DNA from: an uncultured Clostridia bacterium
GTDB lineage: Bacteria; Bacillota; Clostridia; Christensenellales; UBA1242
Reading direction: 5' to 3'
Assembly: GCA_944377145.1 (NCBI GenBank)
Contig: CALWEH010000013.1
Span: forward strand, 26,970-90,969
DNA: 64,000 nt
Position numbers and translations under genes: made by a program. The notes under the pieces are model-generated. The model was given only the letters and a program-made list of their open reading frames with translations. It searched no databases and was not told the DNA's origin. This document shows, piece by piece, positions 46,019 through 57,900 of this stretch. Each line of letters begins with the position of its first letter. Position 1 is the first letter of the stretch.

Positions 46019-47527
46019 ATGGAAGAAACCAATAAAATAAAAGTGGCAAATGTAATCAACTTGCCCACATTAAATATTAAATCTCAACTTAATATGAACA
46101 TAGACTCTAACACTCATATAAAGCAAGTGTTAAATATTGAAACTTGCTTAATGGATACCCAAATTGAACCTTTATTTAATAAAGCTACAATAAAGGGTAA
46201 AATAGGTATTAAAGTTGTATATATTGATATAGATAATATGTACAACACTTTATCTGATGCTATAAATTTTAGTGAAAGTATAAATAGCGAAAATATTTCA
46301 GCTGATTGTGAGATAAATATTAATAATAGTCAATTTATTGCTGAATTTGAACATGATGATAATAATTTGAAAATTAATATTGATGGTAATATTGATTGTT
46401 TTTGTGCTATTAATACAGGGATAAATGCTTTTAACCAAACTAATGATAGTTTAATTACAAAAAAATCTATTTTGCAAACTTGTAATTGCATACAACAAAT
46501 AAATAAAAGTGTAAATTATGATTTCGATTTTAAAATAGATTCAAAAATAAATAAAATTTTATCTTGCGATAGTAAAATAATAATTGATGATAGTAAATGT
46601 TATGATGGATATATTGTTATTACAGGTGAAATCTTTAACACTATTATATATGAAGTAGAAAATGATGGATTTAACAGCATAAAAATAGCCAACAACTCTA
46701 CCCCATTCAAAAGTGAGATTGAAGCTAATTTGGCTGATAATGAATGTGTAACTGACCTATCTGCATATATAGATATGAATAAAACTGAAATTAAAACTGA
46801 TATAGGAGATAATTCTACTAGTATAGCATTTGAATATTGTATAATTGTAACTGGTTATATATATAAAAATATAAATATAGATGTTGTAGACGACTTATAT
46901 AGTTTGGACAATGAAATTGAAATAATAAATGCTTCTTATCCTATTTGCAAAAAACTGCCATATTTTAAAACAAATGAAAGTGTAGATACTGAAATTACTT
47001 TGGCAGACGAATTAAACCTTGACGAAATTTTAAGTATGGTAAATATCTCTGCAAATGTTACCCAATATACAATAAAAGATAATTCAATAGTTGTAGAAGG
47101 TGTAATAAATGGAAATTTATTATATTTAGATGAAAATAAAGAGATTAAAAACTTATTAACTCAACTACCCTATTCTGTTAATATAAAACAGGATTTTAAT
47201 AATGAAATTTGTGCTGTACATTTAAATGTAATTCCAACAAATTGCAAATGTAAAATTAAGCGTGGAAATACTTTAATAGTAGATTATGAAATTTGTATTA
47301 ATGGAAATGCTTACGAAAGAAGTCAAATTAATTTAATTGAAAATATTAAATATGGAAAAGTTCTTAATTATGGAGATATTGGATTTCAAATATATTTAGC
47401 TCACCCTAATGAAACTAAATGGGATTTATGTAAACGCATACATATAAGTGAAGAGCAATTAGCTACATTTAACAAAGAAAATCCCACCACATATCTTGGT
47501 GGTGAGAAAATTATAGTATATCGTTAA
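46019..47527 (+). CDS. DUF3794-like repeat protein with a C-terminal LysM-like domain (sporulation-associated type)
   Basis: AGGAGG RBS. N/I/D-rich beta-repeat body. The C-terminal segment FQIYLAHPNETKWDLCKRIHISEEQLATFNKENPTTYLGGEKIIV is LysM-like. Confidence 0.5.
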   Translation: MEETNKIKVANVINLPTLNIKSQLNMNIDSNTHIKQVLNIETCLMDTQIEPLFNKATIKGKIGIKVVYIDIDNMYNTLSDAINFSESINSENISADCEININNSQFIAEFEHDDNNLKINIDGNIDCFCAINTGINAFNQTNDSLITKKSILQTCNCIQQINKSVNYDFDFKIDSKINKILSCDSKIIIDDSKCYDGYIVITGEIFNTIIYEVENDGFNSIKIANNSTPFKSEIEANLADNECVTDLSAYIDMNKTEIKTDIGDNSTSIAFEYCIIVTGYIYKNINIDVVDDLYSLDNEIEIINASYPICKKLPYFKTNESVDTEITLADELNLDEILSMVNISANVTQYTIKDNSIVVEGVINGNLLYLDENKEIKNLLTQLPYSVNIKQDFNNEICAVHLNVIPTNCKCKIKRGNTLIVDYEICINGNAYERSQINLIENIKYGKVLNYGDIGFQIYLAHPNETKWDLCKRIHISEEQLATFNKENPTTYLGGEKIIVYR

Positions 47528-48093
47528 AAAGTTTTCTTTCCTTTATACATTTTATTTGTAGCTATAATAGCTATAAGCTTTTGTTCGAAATCATCTTTAG
47601 ATATATTTTTTAATGTATTAATATCAAATATTGCTGATGCAAAATTATCAAATATTAAAAATATATAATTATCTTGTATTTCATAGCCTATAAGTTTTTT
47701 AACATCGCATGAATTTTGCATAACTATTCTGCCCTCTTTATAATAACTTTCAAGACATTTATCCTTATCAATTTCTGTTAGAGTATAATCAAAATTATTT
47801 GATACCACTTGTTTTAAAAACTTTTTTTGAGTATTGATTATTATAAATGGCATAATAATATTAAATAATTCAAATCCTACTAACAACACCAATATTATTA
47901 TATCTATTACAATACTATTATCATGAACAATATCCCAAATTAATAACCCTGACATCAAAACTATAAACACACATACTAAAATGTTCATAATTTTATCTTT
48001 AATTGATTTTTTAACTTTCATAACTATTTTAGCGGCTTTAATTCCTAAATCAATGGTATAATTAAATTGAGATTGAATATTATTTTCTTTCAT
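47524..48093 (-). CDS. Small membrane protein (two TM helices plus a cytoplasmic domain)
   Basis: Hydrophobic hairpin ILVCVFIVLMSGLLIW...IIILVLLVGFELFNIIMPFIII. No confident family. Confidence 0.45.
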   Translation of the reverse strand: MKENNIQSQFNYTIDLGIKAAKIVMKVKKSIKDKIMNILVCVFIVLMSGLLIWDIVHDNSIVIDIIILVLLVGFELFNIIMPFIIINTQKKFLKQVVSNNFDYTLTEIDKDKCLESYYKEGRIVMQNSCDVKKLIGYEIQDNYIFLIFDNFASAIFDINTLKNISKDDFEQKLIAIIATNKMYKGKKTF

Positions 48094-48151
48094 ATATACT
48101 CCAATATATATTTATTATAACATAAATTTTAATATATTGGAAGTAAAATAT

Positions 48152-48193
48152 AAAAAATGAAAAGCTTTTCACAATATAAGCTTTTCATTTTTT
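48152..48193 (-). terminator. Terminator hairpin downstream of the 1924-aa gene
   Basis: 14-bp perfect stem AAAAAATGAAAAGC / GCTTTTCATTTTTT with a 14-nt loop. Confidence 0.6.
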
Positions 48194-48195
48194 TA

Positions 48196-51100
48196 TTATA
48201 TCCTATCATTAACGCTATATTTACGCTTTGTTCTACGTCTAATAATAATAAATATAATTACAACTCCCGCTACAACAACAGCACATATAGCTACTATTAA
48301 TATAATTACCCATAAAGGCAAATATGATGTTTGTGCAATCAAGCAAATTCGAGCGTCAACATTATCTAATCGCACCATTATATAATCATCTTGAATATTG
48401 TAATCCATCAAACCAACTTCTTCATCACTTACTTGTACAACTTTTGATAGTTTGTTTATATTTGGAATAAATATATATAGCCCTTCTGGAATATCATTAT
48501 TTAGCACTCCAACTCTTATACTAAAATCGTAACATATATTAAAATTTTCACCAGCTTGCATTTGAGTTTCTACCTGACCATATAGCTGTCTGTATGTGTA
48601 ACTATCACTATCATAACAATTAACAATTAATCTGCTATTTATAGGAATTAAACATAATCTATCATAATCAACCAATTTGAAATTACCATATCCCTCTACA
48701 TTAACTTCTATTTCATAAGGGTGAATATCTATATATATATCTTCATAACTAACCACATAATTGGTGCTATCCGCTCCAAATAAAGCTTGGCTATAATCTA
48801 TTATAACTTTACGTTGTTTTCCTATTGTATAATCTTCACAATAAAATCTTAAATTTTCTACAATAATATTTGCTGAATCTGTAGCCACAATGTTATCAAA
48901 ACGAATATTATCTATATTAACTTGTACATTTGCACTACCATCATAAACTTTGTTATTTACAGTAAATCCTCTAATTTGTATTGAGCGTGGATTTATTTTA
49001 CCAACATCTTCAAACACTATTGGATCTGTAGATGCTAATCCTATTAAATTTGTTAATATATAATTATTTGGAATAGCATTTGTTGCATTATCTACTAATA
49101 CTACATTATATAAATATATATCATATAAATTATTACTTGCTTGAGAGCCCTCATAAAATGCTGTAATACCACTTGCAAACGCTATACTATCATTTCCTAA
49201 TATTCCATTTATTGAGATATTGCTTAGTAAATCATTAATATTATCAACATTACTTGTTCCATTATATGTTTTTTCAATAGGTAATTTGCTATTATCTAAC
49301 TGTAAATATAATCCAGCTGGTTGAATAACATAACTAACAGGATCTTCAAAAGGAAGCTCTTGATTATCTGCATCTATCACACTGATAGTTACAATATAAG
49401 TTCCTGCATTTTTTGGCAATTCTAAACTATTATTATATTTAATAATTATTTCAAAATCATTAGCTACAATTACATCTTCTCCTACCGTTAATCCTTGATT
49501 ATATCCTGTGTAAGTACGAGTATAAACATAATTTGTACCCTCGTCCATATTTTGCAAGGTAATTTTTGGACTCAACTTTAATATTACAGGCAAATCTATA
49601 CTATTAGCATTATATCTATTTAACGCTATTATTTCCCATATTGCTAAATCATTTAAATTATAAGATGCAATTCCATCTGTCCTATATTCAATTCCAGCTA
49701 TAACAAAACTTAACACCCTAAACTTTTCACTTATTTCTACAAGAGTAGACGCATCACAACTAAATACTATATTTGTACCAAAATCAATAGTATCAATATA
49801 AGGTTCGTCTTCATCGCAAATTTGAATAAGCCCTGTAGAAATATTATTAATAGCCAATTTAATGTTACAATTTTTATCAATTAAATTATATGAATAATTA
49901 ATGTTATATTTTTTTACAATAAATACATTTTGTAATATAATATTTTCATTTAAGCCTGAAATCATTTCACTAGTAAATGTTATTTCCAAAACATATTGAA
50001 CCCCAACAATTACAATATTTCCATTTTCATCTTGTTCATATAAATCCACTTTCCTTAATGAATAAGGTAATGCACTTGCAAAGCCTACATTAAATTCTCC
50101 ATTGTTTCCAAATGCAACTCTTGATAAATCAATACCAACATTTATTGGAGTTGATGTCATTATTAATTTATCATTTGTTTTAAACAAATATCCTGTATCA
50201 CCATTTAAAATTTCTTTATTTGTAGCTCCATTCTCAACCCTCTCCCTTTCTACTGTAAAAGTAGCCCATTGAGAAGGATCTATTCCTATAAAATTGGAAG
50301 AATTTGCTTCTTTAGTATTAGTTATTTCAATACTAATTTCTTTTAAATCATATACTAAATATATTTTAAATATATTATTTTCTATTAAATATTGAGAAGG
50401 ATTGAATATAAAGCCTGAATCTATATTCTCTTTAGAAATTTGATTTAAATTATTATAATAATATTTATCTACTAAAATATATCCATTTGTAGGATATTGC
50501 CTATAAAATACTTCGTCAAACAATTTAAATGATGAAATATTTCCATCACAAACTCCTACTCCATATCCACCCTCATTTCCATCTTTATCCACTATTACAA
50601 AATTAACATCATAATAAATGTATTGAAGTTGAGCGGTAAAAATTAAATTTGATGTAATTTTTTCCAAATTTAATACTCGTCCAGCATCATTCCCCATGCT
50701 ATCTAGCCATTTTAAAAATTCAGTCCCAAGCATAAATGAATTATTATCAAAGCTAATATCTACTCTAGAACCATATTCAATATCATTTAATGTTACCAAA
50801 TACTTTTTCACATTAACCAACTGCCCATTGATAGTTTCTTGCTCAATCACAGAACTTGGTGTATATACCTCTCCATTAAAAATTATGTTAGGATAACTAA
50901 TTGAATCTGGATTGCTATCAATATCAAAATATAATTTTACAGAATAAGTATGTATTGCAAATTGTATATACATCTGCACTACATTTGTAGAGTCTGCAAG
51001 AGATATAATTGCACTATTAAAATTTGCATAGCTTAAAAGCCAGCTAGTTTGCAACAATTCACTATCATTTCCTACAATAAGACTTGTAAGTTCGTAAGCA

Positions 51101-53970
51101 TCTGTTCCTATATAAGCATTTTTTACATAGTACCCTTCATTAGATGTAGCAATAAATCTTAATTTTGCATTAATATTAGCTATTGTAGAAGTTAATTTAT
51201 TATTTTCCATTGTAGTAAATATTAACAAATCTTCTTCACTATTAACTATAAAGCTACCATTAACATTATTAAGATCTGTAATTATATTTCCATTTTCATC
51301 TAAATAATTAACCTTAATAGTGTAATCGATAGGGCTAAAGCATATATCTATCAACACTCCAGCATAACTATTCTGCATTATAAATTCATATATTGCATTC
51401 TCACTTAAATAACTATCTTCTCCTCTTAATCTATATCCATCAAATTTGTATCCTTTAGTTATTTTATTCTCATCTATATGAATAGATATGTTATCTCCTG
51501 TTACAGCTGAAATGGTTAAACCTAACCCTTCCACATCATTTACAAAGAATGTTACATCATTTTCTGAATAAGCTTGCTGATCATTTATAGATAAATATAT
51601 ATCTCTTTGCATTCTTATATATATTGCTGAAACAAGGCTTTGACTAGTAGATCTTAAAATAGTTGTATTAAAAAGATTTTGATTTGTAATACTGTACAAC
51701 CCTACTCCTTGAGCATCTACATGATTTCTAAACCCATAAAATTCTGATGTAGTTTTAGACATATATACTATTAAATTATCTGCTATCAAATTATCTAGTT
51801 TAATATTATATACACTATTTTGTACTGAATTATAAGTTATTTCATTAGGAAAATTTATTTCAGCTTTATCTAAGCTAAATCCTTCTCCATTCCAATCAAA
51901 TCTAACACCCATAAATGATATATAGCTATATTGCCCATTATCTAAATATAAATATATATTTGTATAAGTGTAAGGTATAACATAAGCATTTAAATTATCA
52001 TTAAATTCTGCACTTGAAGTTACACTATCTATCAACTGATCTGCACTATGAATATTTAAAGAATATATCGACCCATATACATTTATGTTTGCATTTTGCC
52101 CTGTAATATCTATTATAAAAGTTTCAATAACTCCAACATTTAATTCTGCCATATATGAATATTTATCAAATGTATATTTATCTACACCATCTTCTAAAAC
52201 CACTTCATTTGAATATACAGTTGCATTTCCATAAGTTAATCTATTATTTGATATTGTAACTCTACCAAATATAGCACTATGAGTATCTATTATAGTAGTT
52301 CCATCTGTTATAGATATGTCTTCATTTGAATACATTATTTGTTCATCTGGCAAAATATTATAACTATCTTTAAATGTTATGGTATTATTTGGCAAATCCA
52401 CTAAAACTGTATCATATTCAACATTTGTAATAATGCTAGATGAATTTAAATTAAATTCAACTGAATAATAGTTATAATCTACATCTAAATATATGTAATA
52501 ACTAGCTAGTTCATTATTATCTTTTGGTTCAAATGTAAAACTATAAGTAGATTGAGTAGATAAATATTCGTCATTATTTATTTCATTCAACCAACCACTT
52601 ATTTTATATTTATCACTAGTTGCCTGAACTGTTATAACTGTACCTCTATGTAAATTAGGTGTATTGAAAGAAAAACTATAATTTACATCATTAAAGAATT
52701 CATCTACTAATCTAATTTCAAAATTATAATTTAAATATTCAAATAAAATTTGGATTTCACAATTTCCAGGAGATGTTTCATCCATTGTAAAAGTTAAATT
52801 ATTGTTAATATTTTCATAATCATCATTAATAGTAAATCCATTAAATTTGTATCCATATCCAGCCAAATAATTATAGGGTGTAGAATTTATTAATATATTT
52901 TGAGAAGATAATTCATATTCTATTTGCAAACTTTCTCCTGCCACAAGAGAAAAATTTGGAATTTGATATGCTTCTAAATCAACTTCATCATAATAGCCAT
53001 TATTATTTTTTAAATATGTAGAAAAAGTTACGTTATAAGCTATTTTTTCATAACAAACTTGTAATACACTATTTTCAACTAATGTATATGATTGAGAGAG
53101 TTCGATATTTGCATCTAAACTATTTAATTTGGCATATTTAAATGAGTAAGCTTTATTATTAGAAGTAAAATTTATTGTAACACTTTGTTTGCTCCATATT
53201 AAATATTTCGTATCTGTAAACTTATAATATGTATTAAACAGTGTAGTAAAATTTATTATATTTTCTATATCAATATCATTAGCTGACACAATATCTAATG
53301 TATACATATAATCATACATCATATCTATATAAATATTGTCTTGCACATCAAAAGTTAAACTAAGACTTTCAAATCCTATATTATTAACTATATTTATAGA
53401 ACAGTTTTGTAACAAGTTTTGATCTAATATTTCATCTAAAGTTAAAAATTGATTATCCTCTCCTATTCTAATAAGTAAATTTTCTTCAAACAAATCATAA
53501 ATATATATATCATTTAAAGTTGAAATATTTACAGTAACAGAATTATTATAATAATAATTTCCATCTTGTTCTGTATTATTAACTATCTCAATATTTACAT
53601 CATTTTCTAAATTTAAATTATATGTTATTGAATATTTTATTCTACTCCATCGAGCTTCAATAGTCATGTTTTCATTTACTATAAAAGTATATTCTGTTTC
53701 ATAAGAGATTAAATCGCCAGCCTGTGTAAACCAACCTTCAAATTTATATCCAGGATTCATTTTAGCAATTAAACGAGCTACTTCATTTATTGAATAATAT
53801 CCTTCTCCAGAAAATTCTCCAGCTTCGTTTGTTATTGATTTTGCTTCAATTTCTTCTTGTTGTATGCTAGCAAAAACAGTTGGCGCTTTATACATTTCGC
53901 CAAACAAAGCAGAAGAAACTGCCACTATTATAAATATCAATATCCCAAACATAACTCGTTTTTTAAACAT
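48196..53970 (-). CDS. Giant (1924 aa) tail-anchored surface protein with Listeria-Bacteroides (InlB B-type) repeats and YDG/YNG MBG-like modules
   Basis: Signal peptide MFKKRVMFGILIFIIVAVSSALFG. Repeat GYKFEGWFTQAGDLISYETEYTFIVNENMTIEARW. Near the C-terminus are KTYNGTSNV and NKVYDGSANVQVN. The C-terminal TM plus basic tail reads LWVIILIVAICAVVVAGVVIIFIIIRRRTKRK. No LPXTG motif. Confidence 0.8.
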   Translation of the reverse strand: MFKKRVMFGILIFIIVAVSSALFGEMYKAPTVFASIQQEEIEAKSITNEAGEFSGEGYYSINEVARLIAKMNPGYKFEGWFTQAGDLISYETEYTFIVNENMTIEARWSRIKYSITYNLNLENDVNIEIVNNTEQDGNYYYNNSVTVNISTLNDIYIYDLFEENLLIRIGEDNQFLTLDEILDQNLLQNCSINIVNNIGFESLSLTFDVQDNIYIDMMYDYMYTLDIVSANDIDIENIINFTTLFNTYYKFTDTKYLIWSKQSVTINFTSNNKAYSFKYAKLNSLDANIELSQSYTLVENSVLQVCYEKIAYNVTFSTYLKNNNGYYDEVDLEAYQIPNFSLVAGESLQIEYELSSQNILINSTPYNYLAGYGYKFNGFTINDDYENINNNLTFTMDETSPGNCEIQILFEYLNYNFEIRLVDEFFNDVNYSFSFNTPNLHRGTVITVQATSDKYKISGWLNEINNDEYLSTQSTYSFTFEPKDNNELASYYIYLDVDYNYYSVEFNLNSSSIITNVEYDTVLVDLPNNTITFKDSYNILPDEQIMYSNEDISITDGTTIIDTHSAIFGRVTISNNRLTYGNATVYSNEVVLEDGVDKYTFDKYSYMAELNVGVIETFIIDITGQNANINVYGSIYSLNIHSADQLIDSVTSSAEFNDNLNAYVIPYTYTNIYLYLDNGQYSYISFMGVRFDWNGEGFSLDKAEINFPNEITYNSVQNSVYNIKLDNLIADNLIVYMSKTTSEFYGFRNHVDAQGVGLYSITNQNLFNTTILRSTSQSLVSAIYIRMQRDIYLSINDQQAYSENDVTFFVNDVEGLGLTISAVTGDNISIHIDENKITKGYKFDGYRLRGEDSYLSENAIYEFIMQNSYAGVLIDICFSPIDYTIKVNYLDENGNIITDLNNVNGSFIVNSEEDLLIFTTMENNKLTSTIANINAKLRFIATSNEGYYVKNAYIGTDAYELTSLIVGNDSELLQTSWLLSYANFNSAIISLADSTNVVQMYIQFAIHTYSVKLYFDIDSNPDSISYPNIIFNGEVYTPSSVIEQETINGQLVNVKKYLVTLNDIEYGSRVDISFDNNSFMLGTEFLKWLDSMGNDAGRVLNLEKITSNLIFTAQLQYIYYDVNFVIVDKDGNEGGYGVGVCDGNISSFKLFDEVFYRQYPTNGYILVDKYYYNNLNQISKENIDSGFIFNPSQYLIENNIFKIYLVYDLKEISIEITNTKEANSSNFIGIDPSQWATFTVERERVENGATNKEILNGDTGYLFKTNDKLIMTSTPINVGIDLSRVAFGNNGEFNVGFASALPYSLRKVDLYEQDENGNIVIVGVQYVLEITFTSEMISGLNENIILQNVFIVKKYNINYSYNLIDKNCNIKLAINNISTGLIQICDEDEPYIDTIDFGTNIVFSCDASTLVEISEKFRVLSFVIAGIEYRTDGIASYNLNDLAIWEIIALNRYNANSIDLPVILKLSPKITLQNMDEGTNYVYTRTYTGYNQGLTVGEDVIVANDFEIIIKYNNSLELPKNAGTYIVTISVIDADNQELPFEDPVSYVIQPAGLYLQLDNSKLPIEKTYNGTSNVDNINDLLSNISINGILGNDSIAFASGITAFYEGSQASNNLYDIYLYNVVLVDNATNAIPNNYILTNLIGLASTDPIVFEDVGKINPRSIQIRGFTVNNKVYDGSANVQVNIDNIRFDNIVATDSANIIVENLRFYCEDYTIGKQRKVIIDYSQALFGADSTNYVVSYEDIYIDIHPYEIEVNVEGYGNFKLVDYDRLCLIPINSRLIVNCYDSDSYTYRQLYGQVETQMQAGENFNICYDFSIRVGVLNNDIPEGLYIFIPNINKLSKVVQVSDEEVGLMDYNIQDDYIMVRLDNVDARICLIAQTSYLPLWVIILIVAICAVVVAGVVIIFIIIRRRTKRKYSVNDRI

Positions 53971-54022
53971 AACTATCTCCTTTAATGGATTTATCTGCTG
54001 TAAATTTTTATAGATGTTTATT

Positions 54023-54910
54023 TTATTGTTTTATAATTTCACTTGCTGCAACTGCACCATCACTACATGCTGTAACAATTTGTTTTAAATCTTTATAAGT
54101 TATATCTCCACAAGCATATAAATTATCAACATTTGTTTTGCAATTTTTATCAACTATTATATATCCCTCTTTATTTTTTTTAACATCTATATTTAACCAT
54201 GTTAAATCAGGTTTTCTGCCAAGAGATACAAATAACCCTTTAATTTCCAAATAATATGTATTTTTATTAATTTTATCATTAATTAATATTTTTTGTATTG
54301 TATTTTCTCCAACTAATTCTAACACTTCGCTAGAATAAATGATTTTTAATTTTTTCAAGGATTTTACCTCTTCTAATATTTTGTTATTTAAACTATTATT
54401 TGGTATTATCCAATACAATTTACTAACAATATTATCTAAATATTTAATATCTTCTAAAGCTGTTTTCCCAATACCAACCACCGCAACTGGCTGATTTTTG
54501 AAAAAATTGCCATCGCATGTAGCACAATAACTTAATCCTTTCCCTATAAATTGTTTTTCATTTTTTAAGCCCAGACTACTAGTTTTTGCACCAGATGCAA
54601 TAATCAAATTTTTGGCTATATATTTGCTTTTATTAGTTACAATATTAAAATTTTTATTTTTTTTAACATCTATAACTATTTCATTTTTTATTTCAGTATT
54701 AAAGCTTTTTACTTGCTCTACTAAATTGTTTACTAAATCAAATCCGCTAATATTTGGCAAAGCTGGATAATTGGCTACAGTGTTTAGGAGGGCTGTTTGC
54801 CCACCTAAAAACCTGCCTTCTAATATAACGCATTTTTTATTAGCTCTGCTTAAATACAGTCCAGCTGTTAAACCTGCAACACCGCCACCTATAATAACTA
54901 CATCATACAT
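54023..54910 (-). CDS. trxB: Thioredoxin-disulfide reductase
   Basis: FAD motif VVIIGGGVAGLTAG, redox-active CATCDG and NADPH motif VAVVGIGKTALE. Confidence 0.85.
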   Translation of the reverse strand: MYDVVIIGGGVAGLTAGLYLSRANKKCVILEGRFLGGQTALLNTVANYPALPNISGFDLVNNLVEQVKSFNTEIKNEIVIDVKKNKNFNIVTNKSKYIAKNLIIASGAKTSSLGLKNEKQFIGKGLSYCATCDGNFFKNQPVAVVGIGKTALEDIKYLDNIVSKLYWIIPNNSLNNKILEEVKSLKKLKIIYSSEVLELVGENTIQKILINDKINKNTYYLEIKGLFVSLGRKPDLTWLNIDVKKNKEGYIIVDKNCKTNVDNLYACGDITYKDLKQIVTACSDGAVAASEIIKQ

Positions 54911-54932
54911 ACCCTATCTCCTTAATTTGTAT

Positions 54933-57900
54933 TTACAAGCCTGAACCCGCTACTATATCTAATTTATACACACTTACATACTGAATATCCAATTCAAAAT
55001 TATTACCTGTTAGCATATAGGTAAAGGTATACGCTTTACTTTCTACTCCAGAGTAAATTATTTCACTATAATTTGGCAAACTTATTTCACTTCCGTTTAA
55101 TATAATCTTATATAAAGATACCCATTCAGTATTATCGCTTGGCGGATTTTCTATAATTATAGTAACTTTAACTTCTGTATTATATTCACAACTTCCTTCA
55201 ACCAGATAATGAACACCTTCTAATCCTAAATCGAAAATATCACTAATTGATGTAATTTGCCCTTTTCCAGCTTCAATCATATTGTTATTATCAAGATCTG
55301 TAGAAGTTAAATATTTATATTCTGTTATATTTGTACTATATTGTTCAGGAACAAGTTCAATAACAATATTAAAATCATATATTAAATATCTAATCAAATC
55401 AAATCCTGCTACATGATTATTATTTGTATAAATAACATTATTAACATTATGAACTTGATCCATAGTTATTCCATCTAATTTAAATACATAATTATTTCCC
55501 AATTCGCCATTAGCATCTATATCTCTTATTTCCAAACGTTTTATAACATAGTTTGCTGTATCTGTACTAGATATTGAAATATCTAACTCTGTAGAACGAT
55601 CATAATATGTATTTTGCTCTAATTGATTACCATTTTGATCTGATATAGTATATTGAATTTTATCTGTTACCCCTTCTAATTCAACATAAAATCTATATTG
55701 ACTTACATAATTTATATATATTATTAATGGCAATTCTCCATTTACCGGTTCAACTGTTGATAAATAATCAAGAATTTCATCACTTATTACAAAATTATCT
55801 TCTAATAAAATTGGACTTCCTGTAGAGCTATTTAGAGGTGCTTGATAACTATAGCCATTAAATCTATATCCTTCGCTGTCCAGCCCTTTACGCAACACTA
55901 TTTCACTATTTTGTTTTATAATCTCATCATTCGAACTATAATTATATCCGCTACCTAACATAGAACTTCCATCTGGATTATCTAAAGTTTCTCCATATAA
56001 TCTATAACTAAATTGAATATTTATAGGTATTCTATCAAATATCAATGTATAAGCACCATTTTTACTAATAGAATATTCTCCCAATCCATTTTCATCTAAT
56101 TTATCAAACATTGTAAATTTAATATAACCATCTTCTGTTATAGATATTGGTGCTTGATATATTCCACTTTGAATTGGATATGTAGGAGATATATATTCAC
56201 CATCAAAACTAAATCCAACTTTAGCTTTAACATAAACATTTAACACGTCTCCTGAAGATAAATTAAATTCGTTATTTACTATTTCTCCATTCAACATTAC
56301 ATTTTGCATTGAGCCATTGTTTATTTGAGCTTTTATATCTGCAATATTTTCTCCTTCAATATTGGTTTTTAATATCACTTTAGAAGATACTGGTTCAACA
56401 TTTATTATAATCAACACATCTGTTCCATTAAAATAAGTTTGATAACTTCGTGTAGCTGAATTATAAGTCATTAAATTTCCATTAGCTCTTAACTCAACTA
56501 TAAAATCTCCTCGAATTGCTGAATTTAATGAATATTGAACACTAATCATATCACCTGAATAGAATACATCTACTCTATTTTCTCTAGAATAAATTTGTAT
56601 GCCATTCTCGCTGAATATATTTGTTCCACTTGAATTAGTTATTTGTAAATAGTCGTCTATATCATACTGTTGCATGTTATATTCAATTTTAGCATCTAAA
56701 CTATATGTTTTTGGAATTAAAGTTATATCTATTGTACAATCTTCTGTAATTGCATAAGAAGTTTGGCTGTTTACTAATATTTCAAAGCTATCCTCACTAT
56801 CTTGATAGTTGATAGTTAATATTGCTTTTTCATAATATTTATTATTGCCTTCAAACATAAATCTTATTGTCTGATTAACATAAGCTAACATTTCACCATT
56901 TTCTACTACAATATTTAAAGGCTGTAAATTATTTCCTGACGCAATTAGTTCATTATTGGCTGATATAATTCTATTTTCTTTAAATATATCATTTTCATGA
57001 GAAGTTGTTGTAAATGAAATATTAATAAGTGGAGCTACTTCAATAATGAAATTTAATACTCTATTTTCTTCTAACACAGCAATGTTAGGAGAATAATTTA
57101 TAACTCTATTTAATAAATTATAATCTACATTTAGATTAATATCATCATATTCTGTTGCAGGGAAATCAAATAATGTAATTAATTGATTTGTAGATGAACT
57201 ATTATTATGTTGAATATATAATCTACTTACAGCATATTTAGTATTGTTAAAACTATAATATAAATATTTTCCATTATCGTTAGACAATAGCATTGTTATT
57301 AAATACTGATTATTTATTGTTACAGTATACACATTTTCATCATCTCTATTTTTAATGTTAAATATTGCATTATCTATCGATTCATTTAAAACATAATTTT
57401 CTAATTGCTCTAATTCATTATTATTAACATTATTAATAGTTATATTAATTTTAAATTCAATTAAACTACATTCTGCTTTTATTTGTCCAATACTTTGATA
57501 TAAATTGTTTGAATAAATATTATTACTATATACTGTATTTCTTAAGAAGTTTGCATTTATAGTTACAATTAAAGTTACTCCATTTATTTGAACTACACCA
57601 TCAGCAAAATTCATGTCTAAAATATTTTGTTGATTATATTTCCATCTACTTAATTCACTTCCAAGATTTACACGCATCTCACTTATTATATTATTATGTT
57701 CATCTACTTGGACTTGTAATTGATGTATAGAATTTTCGCTAACATTATCTTTATATGTTAAATATATTCTTCCATACATTTCATTAACATCATTATTTTC
57801 CTCTCCACCTACAAAATAACCCAATGAATATATAATTTTTTCAAACTCTATATTTAAAATTAAGGTATCTTTATCAGTTAAATAATTATCTGGCGTATCA